A DNA stretch of 64,000 nt, taken from positions 1,382 through 65,381 of the forward strand of contig CADBMM010000105.1 in the NCBI GenBank assembly GCA_902795795.1, read 5' to 3'. Below are positions 10,083 to 20,105 of this stretch, piece by piece. The first letter of the stretch is position 1. Every line of letters starts with the position of its first letter. The DNA comes from an uncultured Lachnospiraceae bacterium (GTDB lineage: Bacteria; Bacillota; Clostridia; Lachnospirales; Lachnospiraceae). Under the pieces are notes generated by a model. The model was not told the DNA's origin. It saw only the letters and a list, made by a program, of their open reading frames with translations, and did not search any database. The position numbers and the translations under genes were made by a program.

Positions 10083-10943
10083 ATGAGACATTTTTTTGTT
10101 GCTACCAATCCCGAGAAGGATAGAGACAGCAAATATACAAATAGAATAAAAAAATATCTTGAAGAAAAGGGATGCACCTGCCAAAGAAGTCCTGAAGGAT
10201 GGAAGCTTGACGATCCGTTGAGAATACCTAAGGATACAGAATGCATTATAGTGCTTGGCGGCGACGGAACGCTTCTTCGTGTTGCCAGAAGTACACATAT
10301 GCTGCAGATACCGCTGATAGGTATCAATTTAGGTACACTTGGGTATCTGACGGATATAAACAAAGAGGCCATATATCCCGCAATGGATAAGCTCATAAAT
10401 GATGATTATGTTATTGAGCACCGTATAATGCTTTATGGCAAGATCATAAGGAACGGAGAAGTCATATTAAGAGACACTGCTCTTAATGATATAGTTATCA
10501 GCAGGGGCGGACATTCCAAGATGATATATCTTGAAAATTATGTCAACGGTCATATACTTAATAAGTTAAGGGCTGACGGCGTAATAGTGGCGACTCCGAC
10601 CGGATCGACCGGATATTCCCTTTCAGCCGGAGGACCTATCATCGCCCCTGATGCAGATCTGCTGCTTTTGACCCCTCTTGCTCCTCAGTCTCTTATAGAT
10701 AGAAGCGTCGTCATAAAATCGGAGAACGGGATCACGGTCAAATTGGGGCACAACAAGGGCGGCCCGTTCATCGCAACAGTAGTATTTGACGGTGATACCC
10801 AAATCGAGATCGAAAGCGGCGATGAGGTAGAGATAAAAAAGTCGAAGCGTGACACGCTGATTGCCAAGATCTCGGATTCCTCCTTCCTTGAAGTTTTATA
10901 TACCAAGATGAATCCACAGGCGCTGACGGAGGTTATGAAATGA
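10083..10943 (+). CDS. nadK: NAD kinase
   Basis: LGGDGTLL and TPTGSTGYSLSAGGPI motifs, 286 aa. Confidence 0.9.
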   Translation: MRHFFVATNPEKDRDSKYTNRIKKYLEEKGCTCQRSPEGWKLDDPLRIPKDTECIIVLGGDGTLLRVARSTHMLQIPLIGINLGTLGYLTDINKEAIYPAMDKLINDDYVIEHRIMLYGKIIRNGEVILRDTALNDIVISRGGHSKMIYLENYVNGHILNKLRADGVIVATPTGSTGYSLSAGGPIIAPDADLLLLTPLAPQSLIDRSVVIKSENGITVKLGHNKGGPFIATVVFDGDTQIEIESGDEVEIKKSKRDTLIAKISDSSFLEVLYTKMNPQALTEVMK

Positions 10944-11389
10944 AGCTGTCAAGGCATGCTGAAATACTGAAGATCATAGAAGAATCGGATATAGAGACCC
11001 AGGCCGAGCTGGCCGACAGACTTAATAAAGCCGGATATTCTGTAACACAGGCTACAGTGTCCAGAGACATAAGGGAACTGAAGCTTGCTAAAGCTCCCCT
11101 GGAAAACGGCCATGTTCATTATATTGCGCCAAAGGAAGACGACCTTTCTATCAGAACGGGTTATGTTTTCAAAGCCTCAGTATTGTCTGTGGTCACTTCA
11201 GGCAATCTTCTTGTGATAAAGACGGCACCGGGTATGGCAATGGGTACGGCTGCCGCTCTTGATAAGTGGAACAATAAAAGAATAATAGGGACCATTGCCG
11301 GTGACGATACGATATTCTGCGCAGTTTCGGATGATTCTAATGCAGCAGAAGTTAAGAAAGAGCTTGAAAACTTTATTTCATCAATGTAA
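10940..11389 (+). CDS. argR: Arginine repressor
   Basis: Winged-helix N terminus (TQAELADRLNKAGYSVTQATVSRDIREL) and GTIAGDDTIF C-terminal core. It occupies the conserved position before recN. Confidence 0.9.
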   Translation: MKLSRHAEILKIIEESDIETQAELADRLNKAGYSVTQATVSRDIRELKLAKAPLENGHVHYIAPKEDDLSIRTGYVFKASVLSVVTSGNLLVIKTAPGMAMGTAAALDKWNNKRIIGTIAGDDTIFCAVSDDSNAAEVKKELENFISSM

Positions 11390-11422
11390 AGTTCACTTCC
11401 GGAAGAGAGTGAAAGGATAAAA

Positions 11423-13090
11423 ATGCTTGTTGGTCTGCATGTAAAAAATATTGCCCTGATAGAAGAGGCTGATGTGGAATTCGGTGAAGGACTGAATGTC
11501 CTTACCGGTGAGACCGGAGCCGGGAAATCTTTGCTGCTCGGCTCTGTAAACCTGGCACTTGGGGCAAAGCTCACTTCGAATGTGATCCGTCACGGAGCAC
11601 AGTCTGCTCTTGTGGAACTTATATTCAGTCTGGATAATGAAAAATCGGCAAAAGCGCTGGCAGAAGCCGGTTATGAGCCTGATGAAGGATCTGTTGTTAT
11701 TACAAGAAAGATAACAGATAAAAAAAGTATATTCCGGATAAACGGAGAGACCTGTACGGCTCAGGCGGTCAAAGAGATCGCCGGAACCCTGCTGGATATC
11801 CACGGACAGCACGATCATCAGTCATTACTTTACCGTGACAGGCAGCTTACCATACTGGATGAATATGCCGGTGAGGAAGTAAAAAAGATCAAGAAAACCC
11901 TTTCGGAAGAATATGCCAAATATCAGTCGCTGAAAAGCGAGCTTTCAAAATATGATATAGACGAGGACGCCAGACTCCGTGAGATAGAGTTTCTGCAGTT
12001 TGAAACGGATGAAATAGAAAATGCTGCCATCGGTGAAAACGAGGAAGAACAGCTCACACTTCAGTACAGAAAAATGTCATCTGCAAGAAGCATTATTTCT
12101 TCACTTTCTGAAGTGTACAGGCTGACAGGAAATGACGACGGGGCCGGAGAACTCATTGGAAGGGCCATAAAGGAAATATCCGGTGTATCCGGTCTTGATG
12201 AGGAACTTTCACAGATCGATTCGTCGCTGCTTGACGCTGAAAGTCTTCTTTCAGACATCAACCATGCGGCTATGTCATTTATCGACAGCTTTACTTTTTC
12301 AGATGAAGAGTTTGCGGCGTGTGAAAAAAGACTGGATCTCATACACCACCTTCAGGCGAAATACGGCCGCACTACGGCTGATATATATGCATATCTCGAA
12401 AAAAACAGAAGCAGACTTGAATTTCTTTCGGATTATGCGGAACAGAAAGCAGCCCTTGAGAAAAAACTCCAAAAGGCTGAATCAGAATTAACGGACATTT
12501 ACAGCAAACTTTCAGCTAAACGAAAAGAACAGGCCGCAAGACTGAAAGAGGGAATAATTTCAGAGCTTAAAGAATTGAACTTTCCTGACGTCAGATTTGA
12601 CATTTTGTTCAGTGATAAAGCAGGTTTTCATAAAGACGGGGCCGATGACGTCGAATTCATGATCGCAGCGAATCCCGGTGAACCCATGCTTCCCCTTTCA
12701 AAAGTAGCTTCAGGCGGTGAACTTTCCAGGATCATGCTGGCCATAAAGACGATACTCTCAAAAAATGATCCTGTGGAGACCCTTATCTTCGATGAGATAG
12801 ACACGGGAATCAGCGGACGCACCGCCGCAAAAGTAGCTGAGAAGCTGAAGAAAATCAGCAAGGGGCATCAGGTGTTATGTATAACACATCTTGCGCAAAT
12901 AGCTGCTATGGCTGATAATCATTTTGTGATAGATAAAACCGTAAGGAATGATGAAACTTATACAAACATACACAAGCTTGGCAGCGAAGAGTCGCTCGAA
13001 GAGCTGGCACGTATCCTGGGCGGATCTGTTATTACGGATGCGGTCAGGAACAATGCAAAAGAACTCAAGGAAATGGCTTTGAAATTTTAA
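11423..13090 (+). CDS. recN: DNA repair protein RecN
   Basis: Walker A GETGAGKS, long coiled coil, ASGGELSR signature and LIFDEIDTG Walker B. Confidence 0.95.
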   Translation: MLVGLHVKNIALIEEADVEFGEGLNVLTGETGAGKSLLLGSVNLALGAKLTSNVIRHGAQSALVELIFSLDNEKSAKALAEAGYEPDEGSVVITRKITDKKSIFRINGETCTAQAVKEIAGTLLDIHGQHDHQSLLYRDRQLTILDEYAGEEVKKIKKTLSEEYAKYQSLKSELSKYDIDEDARLREIEFLQFETDEIENAAIGENEEEQLTLQYRKMSSARSIISSLSEVYRLTGNDDGAGELIGRAIKEISGVSGLDEELSQIDSSLLDAESLLSDINHAAMSFIDSFTFSDEEFAACEKRLDLIHHLQAKYGRTTADIYAYLEKNRSRLEFLSDYAEQKAALEKKLQKAESELTDIYSKLSAKRKEQAARLKEGIISELKELNFPDVRFDILFSDKAGFHKDGADDVEFMIAANPGEPMLPLSKVASGGELSRIMLAIKTILSKNDPVETLIFDEIDTGISGRTAAKVAEKLKKISKGHQVLCITHLAQIAAMADNHFVIDKTVRNDETYTNIHKLGSEESLEELARILGGSVITDAVRNNAKELKEMALKF

Positions 13091-13101
13091 GCGGAGGAGA
13101 A

Positions 13102-14595
13102 ATGATGCAGATTTTATATGACAGTACAAGAGGCGGAGAAAAAAATGTTACTGCCAGCCAGGCGATCTTAAAAGGGCTTGCGGACGACGGAGGACTTTTT
13201 GTACCGCAGAGCATTCCCGCACTTGATATCGATGTGCAGACACTGGCAGGTCTTACATACAAAGAGACAGCCTTTGAGGTCATGCGTCGACTGCTGACTG
13301 ATTTTACGGAAGAAGAGCTTAAGTATTGCATTGAGAATGCATACGATGAAAAATTTGAAGTTCCGCAAGCTGCTCAGCTTCGAGACTGCGGCAGAGAAAG
13401 TTTTCTGGAGCTTTATCACGGAAAGACTATTGCATTTAAAGATATGGCGCTTTCCATACTTCCATATCTGATGACTACGGCAGCCAGGAAAAACGGCATG
13501 GATAAAGAGATAGTCATCCTTACCGCTACGTCCGGAGATACCGGAAAAGCTGCTATGGCCGGCTTTGCGGATGTACCCGGTACAAGGATCATAGTGTTCT
13601 ATCCAAAAGACGGGGTAAGCCCTGTACAGGAACGACAGATGGTTACCCAAAAGGGAGATAATACCTGCGTTATTGCAGTTAAAGGCAATTTCGACGATGC
13701 ACAGACCGGAGTCAAGATCATCTTCAATGATAAGGAAACGGCCAGGATCCTGGGTGAAGCAGGTTTTGTATTCAGCTCGGCTAATTCCATCAATATCGGC
13801 CGCCTGGTCCCGCAGGTAGTTTATTATGTCTGGTCATATGCACAGATGTTCAAAAACGGCAGAATTAAAGACGGAGAGAAGATCAATTTCGTCGTGCCTA
13901 CCGGTAATTTCGGAAATATACTTGCAGCATATTATGCTTCGAAGATGGGTATATCTGTAAATCGTCTGATCTGCGCATCGAATGTGAATAATGTTCTTTT
14001 CGATTTCTTTTCTACAGGCGTATACGATAAGAACAGGGAGTTTATTCTCACATCTTCACCTTCCATGGATATTCTTGTATCCAGCAATCTTGAGAGGCTG
14101 ATCTATGAATCTGCAGGGAATGATGCTGAGAAATGCTCTGAATTAATGGCGAAGCTCCGTACTGGCGGAGTTTATGAAATAACTGATGAAATGAAGAAAA
14201 ACATGAGTCTCTTCACGGGAGAGTGGGCATCTGAAGAAGAATGTGATGAGGCCATCAAAAAATATTATAACGAATATGATTATGTTATCGATACACATAC
14301 AGCCGTAGCTGCAGCTGCGTATAAAAAATATACGGAAAAGACCGGCGATGGCTCTATGACTGTTATAGCGAGTACTGCGAGCCCGTATAAATTTGCAAGA
14401 AGTGTACTGCATGCGATCGATGAAAAATATGATCAGTATAGCGATATGGAACAATTTGATATTCTTTCCGAGGTATCGAAGACGAAGCTTCCAGATGCAA
14501 TAATCGAACTTAAAAACGCCGAAGTCAGACATAAGGATGTGATCGAAGCCGGCGAAATGAAAGATGCTATTCTTAAGAAACTCGGTATTATGTGA
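13102..14595 (+). CDS. thrC: Threonine synthase (long form)
   Basis: The TIAFKD PLP-lysine motif and SANSINIGRL are present, 497 aa. The start could be the ATG at 13105 instead of 13102. Confidence 0.88.
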   Translation: MMQILYDSTRGGEKNVTASQAILKGLADDGGLFVPQSIPALDIDVQTLAGLTYKETAFEVMRRLLTDFTEEELKYCIENAYDEKFEVPQAAQLRDCGRESFLELYHGKTIAFKDMALSILPYLMTTAARKNGMDKEIVILTATSGDTGKAAMAGFADVPGTRIIVFYPKDGVSPVQERQMVTQKGDNTCVIAVKGNFDDAQTGVKIIFNDKETARILGEAGFVFSSANSINIGRLVPQVVYYVWSYAQMFKNGRIKDGEKINFVVPTGNFGNILAAYYASKMGISVNRLICASNVNNVLFDFFSTGVYDKNREFILTSSPSMDILVSSNLERLIYESAGNDAEKCSELMAKLRTGGVYEITDEMKKNMSLFTGEWASEEECDEAIKKYYNEYDYVIDTHTAVAAAAYKKYTEKTGDGSMTVIASTASPYKFARSVLHAIDEKYDQYSDMEQFDILSEVSKTKLPDAIIELKNAEVRHKDVIEAGEMKDAILKKLGIM

Positions 14596-14655
14596 TTTCA
14601 GTTATACAGGGGGGCGTAACAAGGGAACAGGTGATTTGTATAATATGGAGGGAAA

Positions 14656-15678
14656 ATGGGAAACAGGATCTCTGCGATAAGTTTCAGCGAACATGGATTT
14701 AAATTTCAGGATTCTTTAAGAAAGGATATAGAACAATGGGCGGCGCTTCAGGACATGGAGACCGTCTGGTACTGTAAGGATAAAATAGGATTTGGAGTCG
14801 AAGGGTACATCCCGGTAATGGGTCCCACCAAAGAGTGGGCTGCGGACCGGTTTGAGGATTCCGATATAATTATATTTTTCTGTACCGTTGCAAAAGCGGT
14901 AAGGAACTTCGGACCATCTATGAAAGGACACATTTCAGATCCGGCCGTACTTGCTATCGATCAGCAGGGCCGGTTCAGTATCCCCGTTCTGTCAGGAAAA
15001 AAAGGGGAAGCTTATGAGTTATCATTATGGCTTAAGGAAAAAGCAGGGATAACCGCCGTAAACTCAGGCGAAGAAGGAGTGGAATACGGTTTTTCTGTTG
15101 AAAAATACGCCGAAAGAAATAATATGGTTATTTCCAACGCCAATTACGCCAAGGAAATATCGGCAGCTCTCGATTCAGGCGAGAAGATATGTTTTTATAC
15201 AAATCTGCCTGTTAAGGGCGATCTTCCGGAAGGTTTCGACTGGGCGCAAAAAGGACCACTTGGCATAAATTTAAGCCCGTCTTACCGTAATGCATATTTC
15301 GAGCACACTCTCTGGCTGATCCCTAAGTGTGTGGAAATAGGTATTTCGATAGATGAAACTGTTGTTCCGCGCGATATCGAAAACGAATTAAATGATCTGT
15401 TAAAGGAGCTCAGTATCTATCCCGAGTCCATAAGCAGCATCAACGCTGTAGAAAGTGGAAATCTTCTTCCGCTGCAGTCTTTATGCGAAAACAATGATTA
15501 TCCATATAATATTTGCAGCGCAGATGAGATCGATGTTTTAAAATCGGCGTTTCCCGGAAAAGAACTTTATGAGCTTGCCGCCGTTAAATGCGGAAACGCG
15601 AGACTGATCGGCAGTTCCTCGAAAAGAAAAGGTATAGCTGTTGCAGCTGCCTTGAAAAGGGTCTATCTGGAATTTTAA
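14656..15678 (+). CDS. CbiG-like protein (cobalt-precorrin-5A hydrolase family), divergent and without neighbouring cbi genes
   Basis: ISDPAVLAIDQQGRFSIPVLSGKKGEAYELSLWL resembles the CbiG N/mid block (DPAVVVVDE.GRF.I.LLSGHLGGAN). The C-terminal part, VEIGISIDE...SINAVE, resembles the CobE/CbiG C-terminal domain. Confidence 0.55.
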   Translation: MGNRISAISFSEHGFKFQDSLRKDIEQWAALQDMETVWYCKDKIGFGVEGYIPVMGPTKEWAADRFEDSDIIIFFCTVAKAVRNFGPSMKGHISDPAVLAIDQQGRFSIPVLSGKKGEAYELSLWLKEKAGITAVNSGEEGVEYGFSVEKYAERNNMVISNANYAKEISAALDSGEKICFYTNLPVKGDLPEGFDWAQKGPLGINLSPSYRNAYFEHTLWLIPKCVEIGISIDETVVPRDIENELNDLLKELSIYPESISSINAVESGNLLPLQSLCENNDYPYNICSADEIDVLKSAFPGKELYELAAVKCGNARLIGSSSKRKGIAVAAALKRVYLEF

Positions 15679-15696
15679 GGAGCGATATAACAATAT

Positions 15697-16191
15697 ATGT
15701 CAGAAAAACTGCCAGAAGTCGAGCTTTATACAGACGGCTCCGCCCGGGGAAATCCTGACGGCCCGGGGGGATACGGCTATGTCCTTCGTTTTCGCGATTC
15801 CAAAGGAGGACTCCACGAAAAAGAAGGTTCTAAAGGCTTTGTAAGAACGACTAATAACAGGATGGAGCTTATGGCTGCCATTGCCGGGCTTTCAGAGCTT
15901 TTGAAGCCCTGTAAAATAACGTTATATTCCGATTCACAATACCTTGTTAAAGCATTTAATGAGCACTGGATAGATTCCTGGGTAAAAAAAGGTTGGAAGC
16001 GTGGGAAAAATGAACAGGTAAAAAATGTCGATCTCTGGAAAAGGCTTTTAAAGGCGGCAGAGCCGCATGAGATCACCTATGTATGGGTAAAGGGGCATGC
16101 CGACAACCCATTGAACGAAAGATGCGATAAACTTGCCACATCTGCCGCCGACGGCAACGATCTGTCGGAAGATGATGGCGCAGCGGGATAA
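15697..16191 (+). CDS. rnhA: Ribonuclease HI
   Basis: YTDGSARGNPDGPGGYG, NNRMELMA, LYSDSQY and VKGHADNPLNERCDKLA carry the D-E-D-D catalytic pattern. Confidence 0.9.
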   Translation: MSEKLPEVELYTDGSARGNPDGPGGYGYVLRFRDSKGGLHEKEGSKGFVRTTNNRMELMAAIAGLSELLKPCKITLYSDSQYLVKAFNEHWIDSWVKKGWKRGKNEQVKNVDLWKRLLKAAEPHEITYVWVKGHADNPLNERCDKLATSAADGNDLSEDDGAAG

Positions 16192-16218
16192 AAACAGAGA
16201 GAAGGAAATCTTTATATC

Positions 16219-17154
16219 ATGTTGGATTCAGCATTGGTTTTAGGTCAGCAGCTTGTGATCATGGCTATATATATGGCCGTTGGTTTTATCATATTTAAAC
16301 TTAAGATCGTAAACGAGGAATCGACCAGGCATCTGACAACTATATGTCTGTATGTGATCACTCCGCTTCTGACGCTTTCATGCTTCAATTTTGAATATGA
16401 TCCCGTTACCCTTGGCCGCTTTTTCCTGGCTATCGGAATAGGAATCGTGGTTCTTGCCGTAGGTATAGCGTTTTCGTATTTTGCATTCATCAGATGCAAT
16501 AAGAAAATGGTAGCATCGGAAAGATTCGGCATAGTTTTCAGTAATTCCGGATTTTTGGGCGTACCGCTTATGATCCATCTGTTCGGCCCGATCGGAGGCT
16601 TTTACGGGTCGGCGTTTGCCATTTCTTTTAATATACTTAACTGGACTTTCGGCGTTTCTATATTAGGAAGAGCCAAAAAAGAAAAGGGGATACTGGGCAT
16701 TTTAAAGCTTTTTAACAATCCGTTCTTTTACTGCCTGGGGATCGGACTTGTCATGTATATAACACAGCTGCACTTCCCTTATGTCGTACAATCGGTAGTT
16801 GACAATATCGGAGCCATGACCAGCCCGATGGCAATGATGGTGAGCGGTATGTATCTTGCACAGGCCAATGTATTCAAAGCCTTTACCGATCCGAGGATCT
16901 ACTATATCTGCTTTTTCAGACTGATCGCGGTTCCGGTGGCTGTACTTGGAATATTGAAACTACTGGGACTGGATCATACACTGGCGCTTTGCATGATGGT
17001 CGCAGCTGCTGCACCTATGGCTGCAACAACGGTATTTTTCTCAAATGATATGCCCGAGAGGCTGAAGCGCTCGAGAGGACTGTTCCTGGTAAGCAGTATT
17101 CTTTCAATTATTACCATGTCTGTCATTATCGGGATATCGAGTATCGTTTTATAA
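16219..17154 (+). CDS. AEC (auxin efflux carrier) family transporter
   Basis: A 311-aa polytopic membrane protein with two homologous halves, as in the AEC/Mem_trans family. Confidence 0.75.
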   Translation: MLDSALVLGQQLVIMAIYMAVGFIIFKLKIVNEESTRHLTTICLYVITPLLTLSCFNFEYDPVTLGRFFLAIGIGIVVLAVGIAFSYFAFIRCNKKMVASERFGIVFSNSGFLGVPLMIHLFGPIGGFYGSAFAISFNILNWTFGVSILGRAKKEKGILGILKLFNNPFFYCLGIGLVMYITQLHFPYVVQSVVDNIGAMTSPMAMMVSGMYLAQANVFKAFTDPRIYYICFFRLIAVPVAVLGILKLLGLDHTLALCMMVAAAAPMAATTVFFSNDMPERLKRSRGLFLVSSILSIITMSVIIGISSIVL

Positions 17155-17194
17155 CAATATATTAACTGGCGCGATCGATAGTGCTAAATATCAT

Positions 17195-17231
17195 ACAGCT
17201 GTCAAGATAAAATGCTTGACAGCTGTTTTTA
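17195..17231 (+). terminator. Rho-independent terminator after the AEC transporter gene
   Basis: Perfect 12-bp stem ACAGCTGTCAAG / CTTGACAGCTGT with an 8-nt loop, followed by TTTTT. Confidence 0.8.
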
Positions 17232-17244
17232 TTTAATGTATTAT
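17216..17244 (+). promoter_or_regulatory. Sigma-A type promoter for ylxM-ffh, embedded in the descending arm of the preceding terminator
   Basis: TTGACA (17216-17221), 17-nt spacer, TATTAT (17239-17244), about 30 nt upstream of the ylxM ATG. Confidence 0.6.
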
Positions 17245-17275
17245 GTGCTGGTGTCCGTGAAAGAGGCGGTAAACT

Positions 17276-17602
17276 ATGGAGAAGTTTGTAGAGCATACAT
17301 ATTTATATGATTTTTACGGCGAACTGCTTACGGAACATCAAAGGCAGATATATGAATCAGTTATCTTTGATGATCTGTCCCTTGCAGAAGCTGCGGTAGA
17401 TCTGAATATTTCACGTCAGGGAGTGCACGATATAATTAAAAGATGCAATGCTTCACTGGAATCATATGAATCCAAGCTGCACCTTGTGGAAAAATTTCTT
17501 GCACTCAAGAAAAAAGCCGAAGAGATCAAACGCCTCGCTGCTGAAAATGGCGATATGAACAAGATAGAGGCAATAGCCGGCGAGATAATAGAAGAGCTCT
17601 AA
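17276..17602 (+). CDS. ylxM: YlxM/UPF0122 putative HTH protein (sigma-70 region 4-like)
   Basis: [18 protein letters not shown]...[22 protein letters not shown], in the conserved position directly upstream of ffh. Confidence 0.85.
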   Translation: MEKFVEHTYLYDFYGELLTEHQRQIYESVIFDDLSLAEAAVDLNISRQGVHDIIKRCNASLESYESKLHLVEKFLALKKKAEEIKRLAAENGDMNKIEAIAGEIIEEL

Positions 17603-17667
17603 ACTTTCCGGTCCGACTGAAGAAACGTAAAACCGCCTGCCGGTAATTAATAAACAGAGGAAATATA

Positions 17668-19020
17668 ATGGCTTTTGAAAGTCTTTCCGAAAAACTGCAG
17701 AATGTATTTAAAAAGCTGAGAGGCAAAGGCCGTCTTACCGAAGCTGATGTTAAAGCAGCGCTTAAGGAAGTTAAGATGGCTCTTCTGGAGGCCGATGTAA
17801 ACTTCAAGGTCGTAAAACAGTTTACAAAGTCAGTGGAAGAAAAGGCTGTCGGAGCTGATGTACTTGAAGGACTCAATCCCGGGCAGACAGTAATTAAGAT
17901 CGTTAACGATGAACTTATCCGTCTCATGGGTGAAGAGGGCGCTGAAATAAAGCTTCGTCCATCCAATGAGATCACCGTGATAATGATGGCCGGACTTCAG
18001 GGCGCGGGTAAGACTACGACAACGGCTAAGCTGGCATCCAAGTTTAAATCTTCAGGCAGAAAACCGCTGCTTGTTGCCTGCGACGTTTACAGACCTGCAG
18101 CCATTAAACAGCTCGAGGTCAATGCAGCCAAGGTAGGAGTTGAAGTTTTCTCAATGGGAGATAAAAAGTCTCCCGTGGACATTGCCAAGGCCGCTTACGA
18201 GCATGCATTACACAGCGGATACAACCTGATCATCATCGATACCGCAGGCCGTCTGCATATAGATGATGAGATGATGCAGGAGCTGGCCAATATTAAAGAA
18301 GCCCTGAATGTTGACTATACGGTGCTTGTCGTCGACGCCATGACAGGACAGGATGCAGTAAATGTCTCCGAGTCATTTGAGCAGCAGGTTGGTATCGACG
18401 GAGTCGTCCTTACAAAGCTGGACGGCGATACAAGAGGCGGTGCGGCTCTGTCTATAAGGGCTGTATGCGGAAAGCCTATTCTCTATGTCGGAATGGGTGA
18501 AAAAACAGAGGATCTGGAACAGTTCTATCCAGACCGTATGGCATCTCGAATCCTCGGTATGGGTGATGTCATGAGCCTTATAGAAAAGGCTCAGGCAGCT
18601 GTCGATGAAGAAAAAGCCATGAAGCTGGCCGACAAGGTAAAAAAAGCTTCATTTGACTATAATGACTATATCGACAGCATGGATCAGATGAAAAAGATGG
18701 GCGGCCTCGGCAGCATTTTGAATATGATCCCCGGACTGGGGCTTAAGTCTAAAGATCTGGGTTCGATGATAGACGAAAAAAGCATGGCCAGGCAGGAAGC
18801 CATCGTAAGATCCATGACTCCGAAAGAAAGAGCCAACCCGGATCTGATAAACCCTTCCAGAAAAGCCAGGATCGCAAAAGGCTGCGGCCTTTCGATGGAT
18901 GAAGTCAACCGTTTCATCAAGCAGTTCAACGAAACACGTAAAATGATGAAAAAGATGCCCGGAATGATGAAGGGCAAAGGTAAAAAAGGTATGATGGGCG
19001 GCCTCGGATTACCGTTCTGA
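17668..19020 (+). CDS. ffh: Signal recognition particle protein Ffh
   Basis: GLQGAGKTTT, DTAGRL and TKLDGDTRGGAALS motifs, with a Met-rich M domain and C-terminal tail. Confidence 0.97.
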   Translation: MAFESLSEKLQNVFKKLRGKGRLTEADVKAALKEVKMALLEADVNFKVVKQFTKSVEEKAVGADVLEGLNPGQTVIKIVNDELIRLMGEEGAEIKLRPSNEITVIMMAGLQGAGKTTTTAKLASKFKSSGRKPLLVACDVYRPAAIKQLEVNAAKVGVEVFSMGDKKSPVDIAKAAYEHALHSGYNLIIIDTAGRLHIDDEMMQELANIKEALNVDYTVLVVDAMTGQDAVNVSESFEQQVGIDGVVLTKLDGDTRGGAALSIRAVCGKPILYVGMGEKTEDLEQFYPDRMASRILGMGDVMSLIEKAQAAVDEEKAMKLADKVKKASFDYNDYIDSMDQMKKMGGLGSILNMIPGLGLKSKDLGSMIDEKSMARQEAIVRSMTPKERANPDLINPSRKARIAKGCGLSMDEVNRFIKQFNETRKMMKKMPGMMKGKGKKGMMGGLGLPF

Positions 19021-19074
19021 GGAGCTTTTCTAAATACAAAAAATTCAATTTTTAATTAATGGAGGAATCAAAAA

Positions 19075-19320
19075 ATGGCAGTAAAAATCCGCTTAAAGAG
19101 AATGGGTAAAAAGAGGTCACCTTACTATCGTATCGTAGTCGCTGACGCAAGATCTCCGCGTGACGGCAGATTTATCGAAGAGATCGGAAAATATGATCCG
19201 AACCAGGAACCCAGCACATTTTCAGTAGATGAAGAAGCAGCAAAAAAATGGCTTGCAAACGGCGCTCAGCCCACAGAAACAGTTGCCAAGATCTTTAAGC
19301 TGGCTGGAATAGAGAAATAA
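19075..19320 (+). CDS. rpsP: 30S ribosomal protein S16
   Basis: [35 protein letters not shown] is a canonical S16 N terminus. Confidence 0.97.
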   Translation: MAVKIRLKRMGKKRSPYYRIVVADARSPRDGRFIEEIGKYDPNQEPSTFSVDEEAAKKWLANGAQPTETVAKIFKLAGIEK

Positions 19321-19359
19321 GACCTTACCCGCTTTTATAAGCAGAAACGGAGACAGTAA

Positions 19360-19590
19360 ATGAGAGAATTAGTCGAATTTATCGCGAAATCTCTGGTTGA
19401 TAATCCGGACGAAGTTGTTGTGACTGAACATGAGACAGACGACGAGATCCTCGTTGAACTCAGGGTCGCAGCTGCGGATATGGGTAAGGTTATAGGCAGA
19501 CAGGGCCGAATTGCAAAAGCAATACGCGCTGTTGTCAAGGCAGCCTCTTCCAACAGTGATAAAAAAGTATCTGTTGAGATATTAGGATAA
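19360..19590 (+). CDS. ylqC: KH-domain RNA-binding protein (YlqC family)
   Basis: 76 aa, with the KH motif MGKVIGRQGRIAKAIR, between rpsP and rimM. Confidence 0.85.
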   Translation: MRELVEFIAKSLVDNPDEVVVTEHETDDEILVELRVAAADMGKVIGRQGRIAKAIRAVVKAASSNSDKKVSVEILG

Positions 19591-19592
19591 TA

Positions 19593-20105
19593 ATGGAGAA
19601 ATTCCTTAAAATCGGAGTAATAACAAGTACCCACGGGCTTCGCGGTGAGGTCAAGGTCTATCCTACTACTGATGATCCGAAAAGGTTCAGCGATCTTGAG
19701 TCGGTGTTCCTTGATGAAGCTCATGACCGGAGAATACTTAAAATCGAGTCTGTCAAGTATTTCAAACAGATGGTCATACTGAAGTTTGAAGGTCTTGACA
19801 GAATAGAAGATGTCGAAGGCATGAAGCATTACGAGCTTTACGTGGACAGAGAACATGCCGTTCCTCTTGAAGAGGGTGAGTACTATATAGCGGATCTTAT
19901 AGACATGGAGGTCCGTCTGACAGACGGCACTACCTTCGGCATTTTAAAGGATGTTATGGAGACAGGAGCCAACTTCGTATATATCGTGGATTCAAAAGAG
20001 CATGGAGAAGTGCTTATACCTGCGATTCCTCAATGCATAAAGTCCGTCGATATAGAGAAGGAAGTAATGATCGTAAGTCTGCTTCCCGGGCTCTTAGACC
20101 TGTAA
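19593..20105 (+). CDS. rimM: 16S rRNA processing protein RimM
   Basis: IGVITSTHGLRGEVKVYPTTD N terminus and a PRC-barrel C terminus ending LLPGLLDL. Confidence 0.9.
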   Translation: MEKFLKIGVITSTHGLRGEVKVYPTTDDPKRFSDLESVFLDEAHDRRILKIESVKYFKQMVILKFEGLDRIEDVEGMKHYELYVDREHAVPLEEGEYYIADLIDMEVRLTDGTTFGILKDVMETGANFVYIVDSKEHGEVLIPAIPQCIKSVDIEKEVMIVSLLPGLLDL

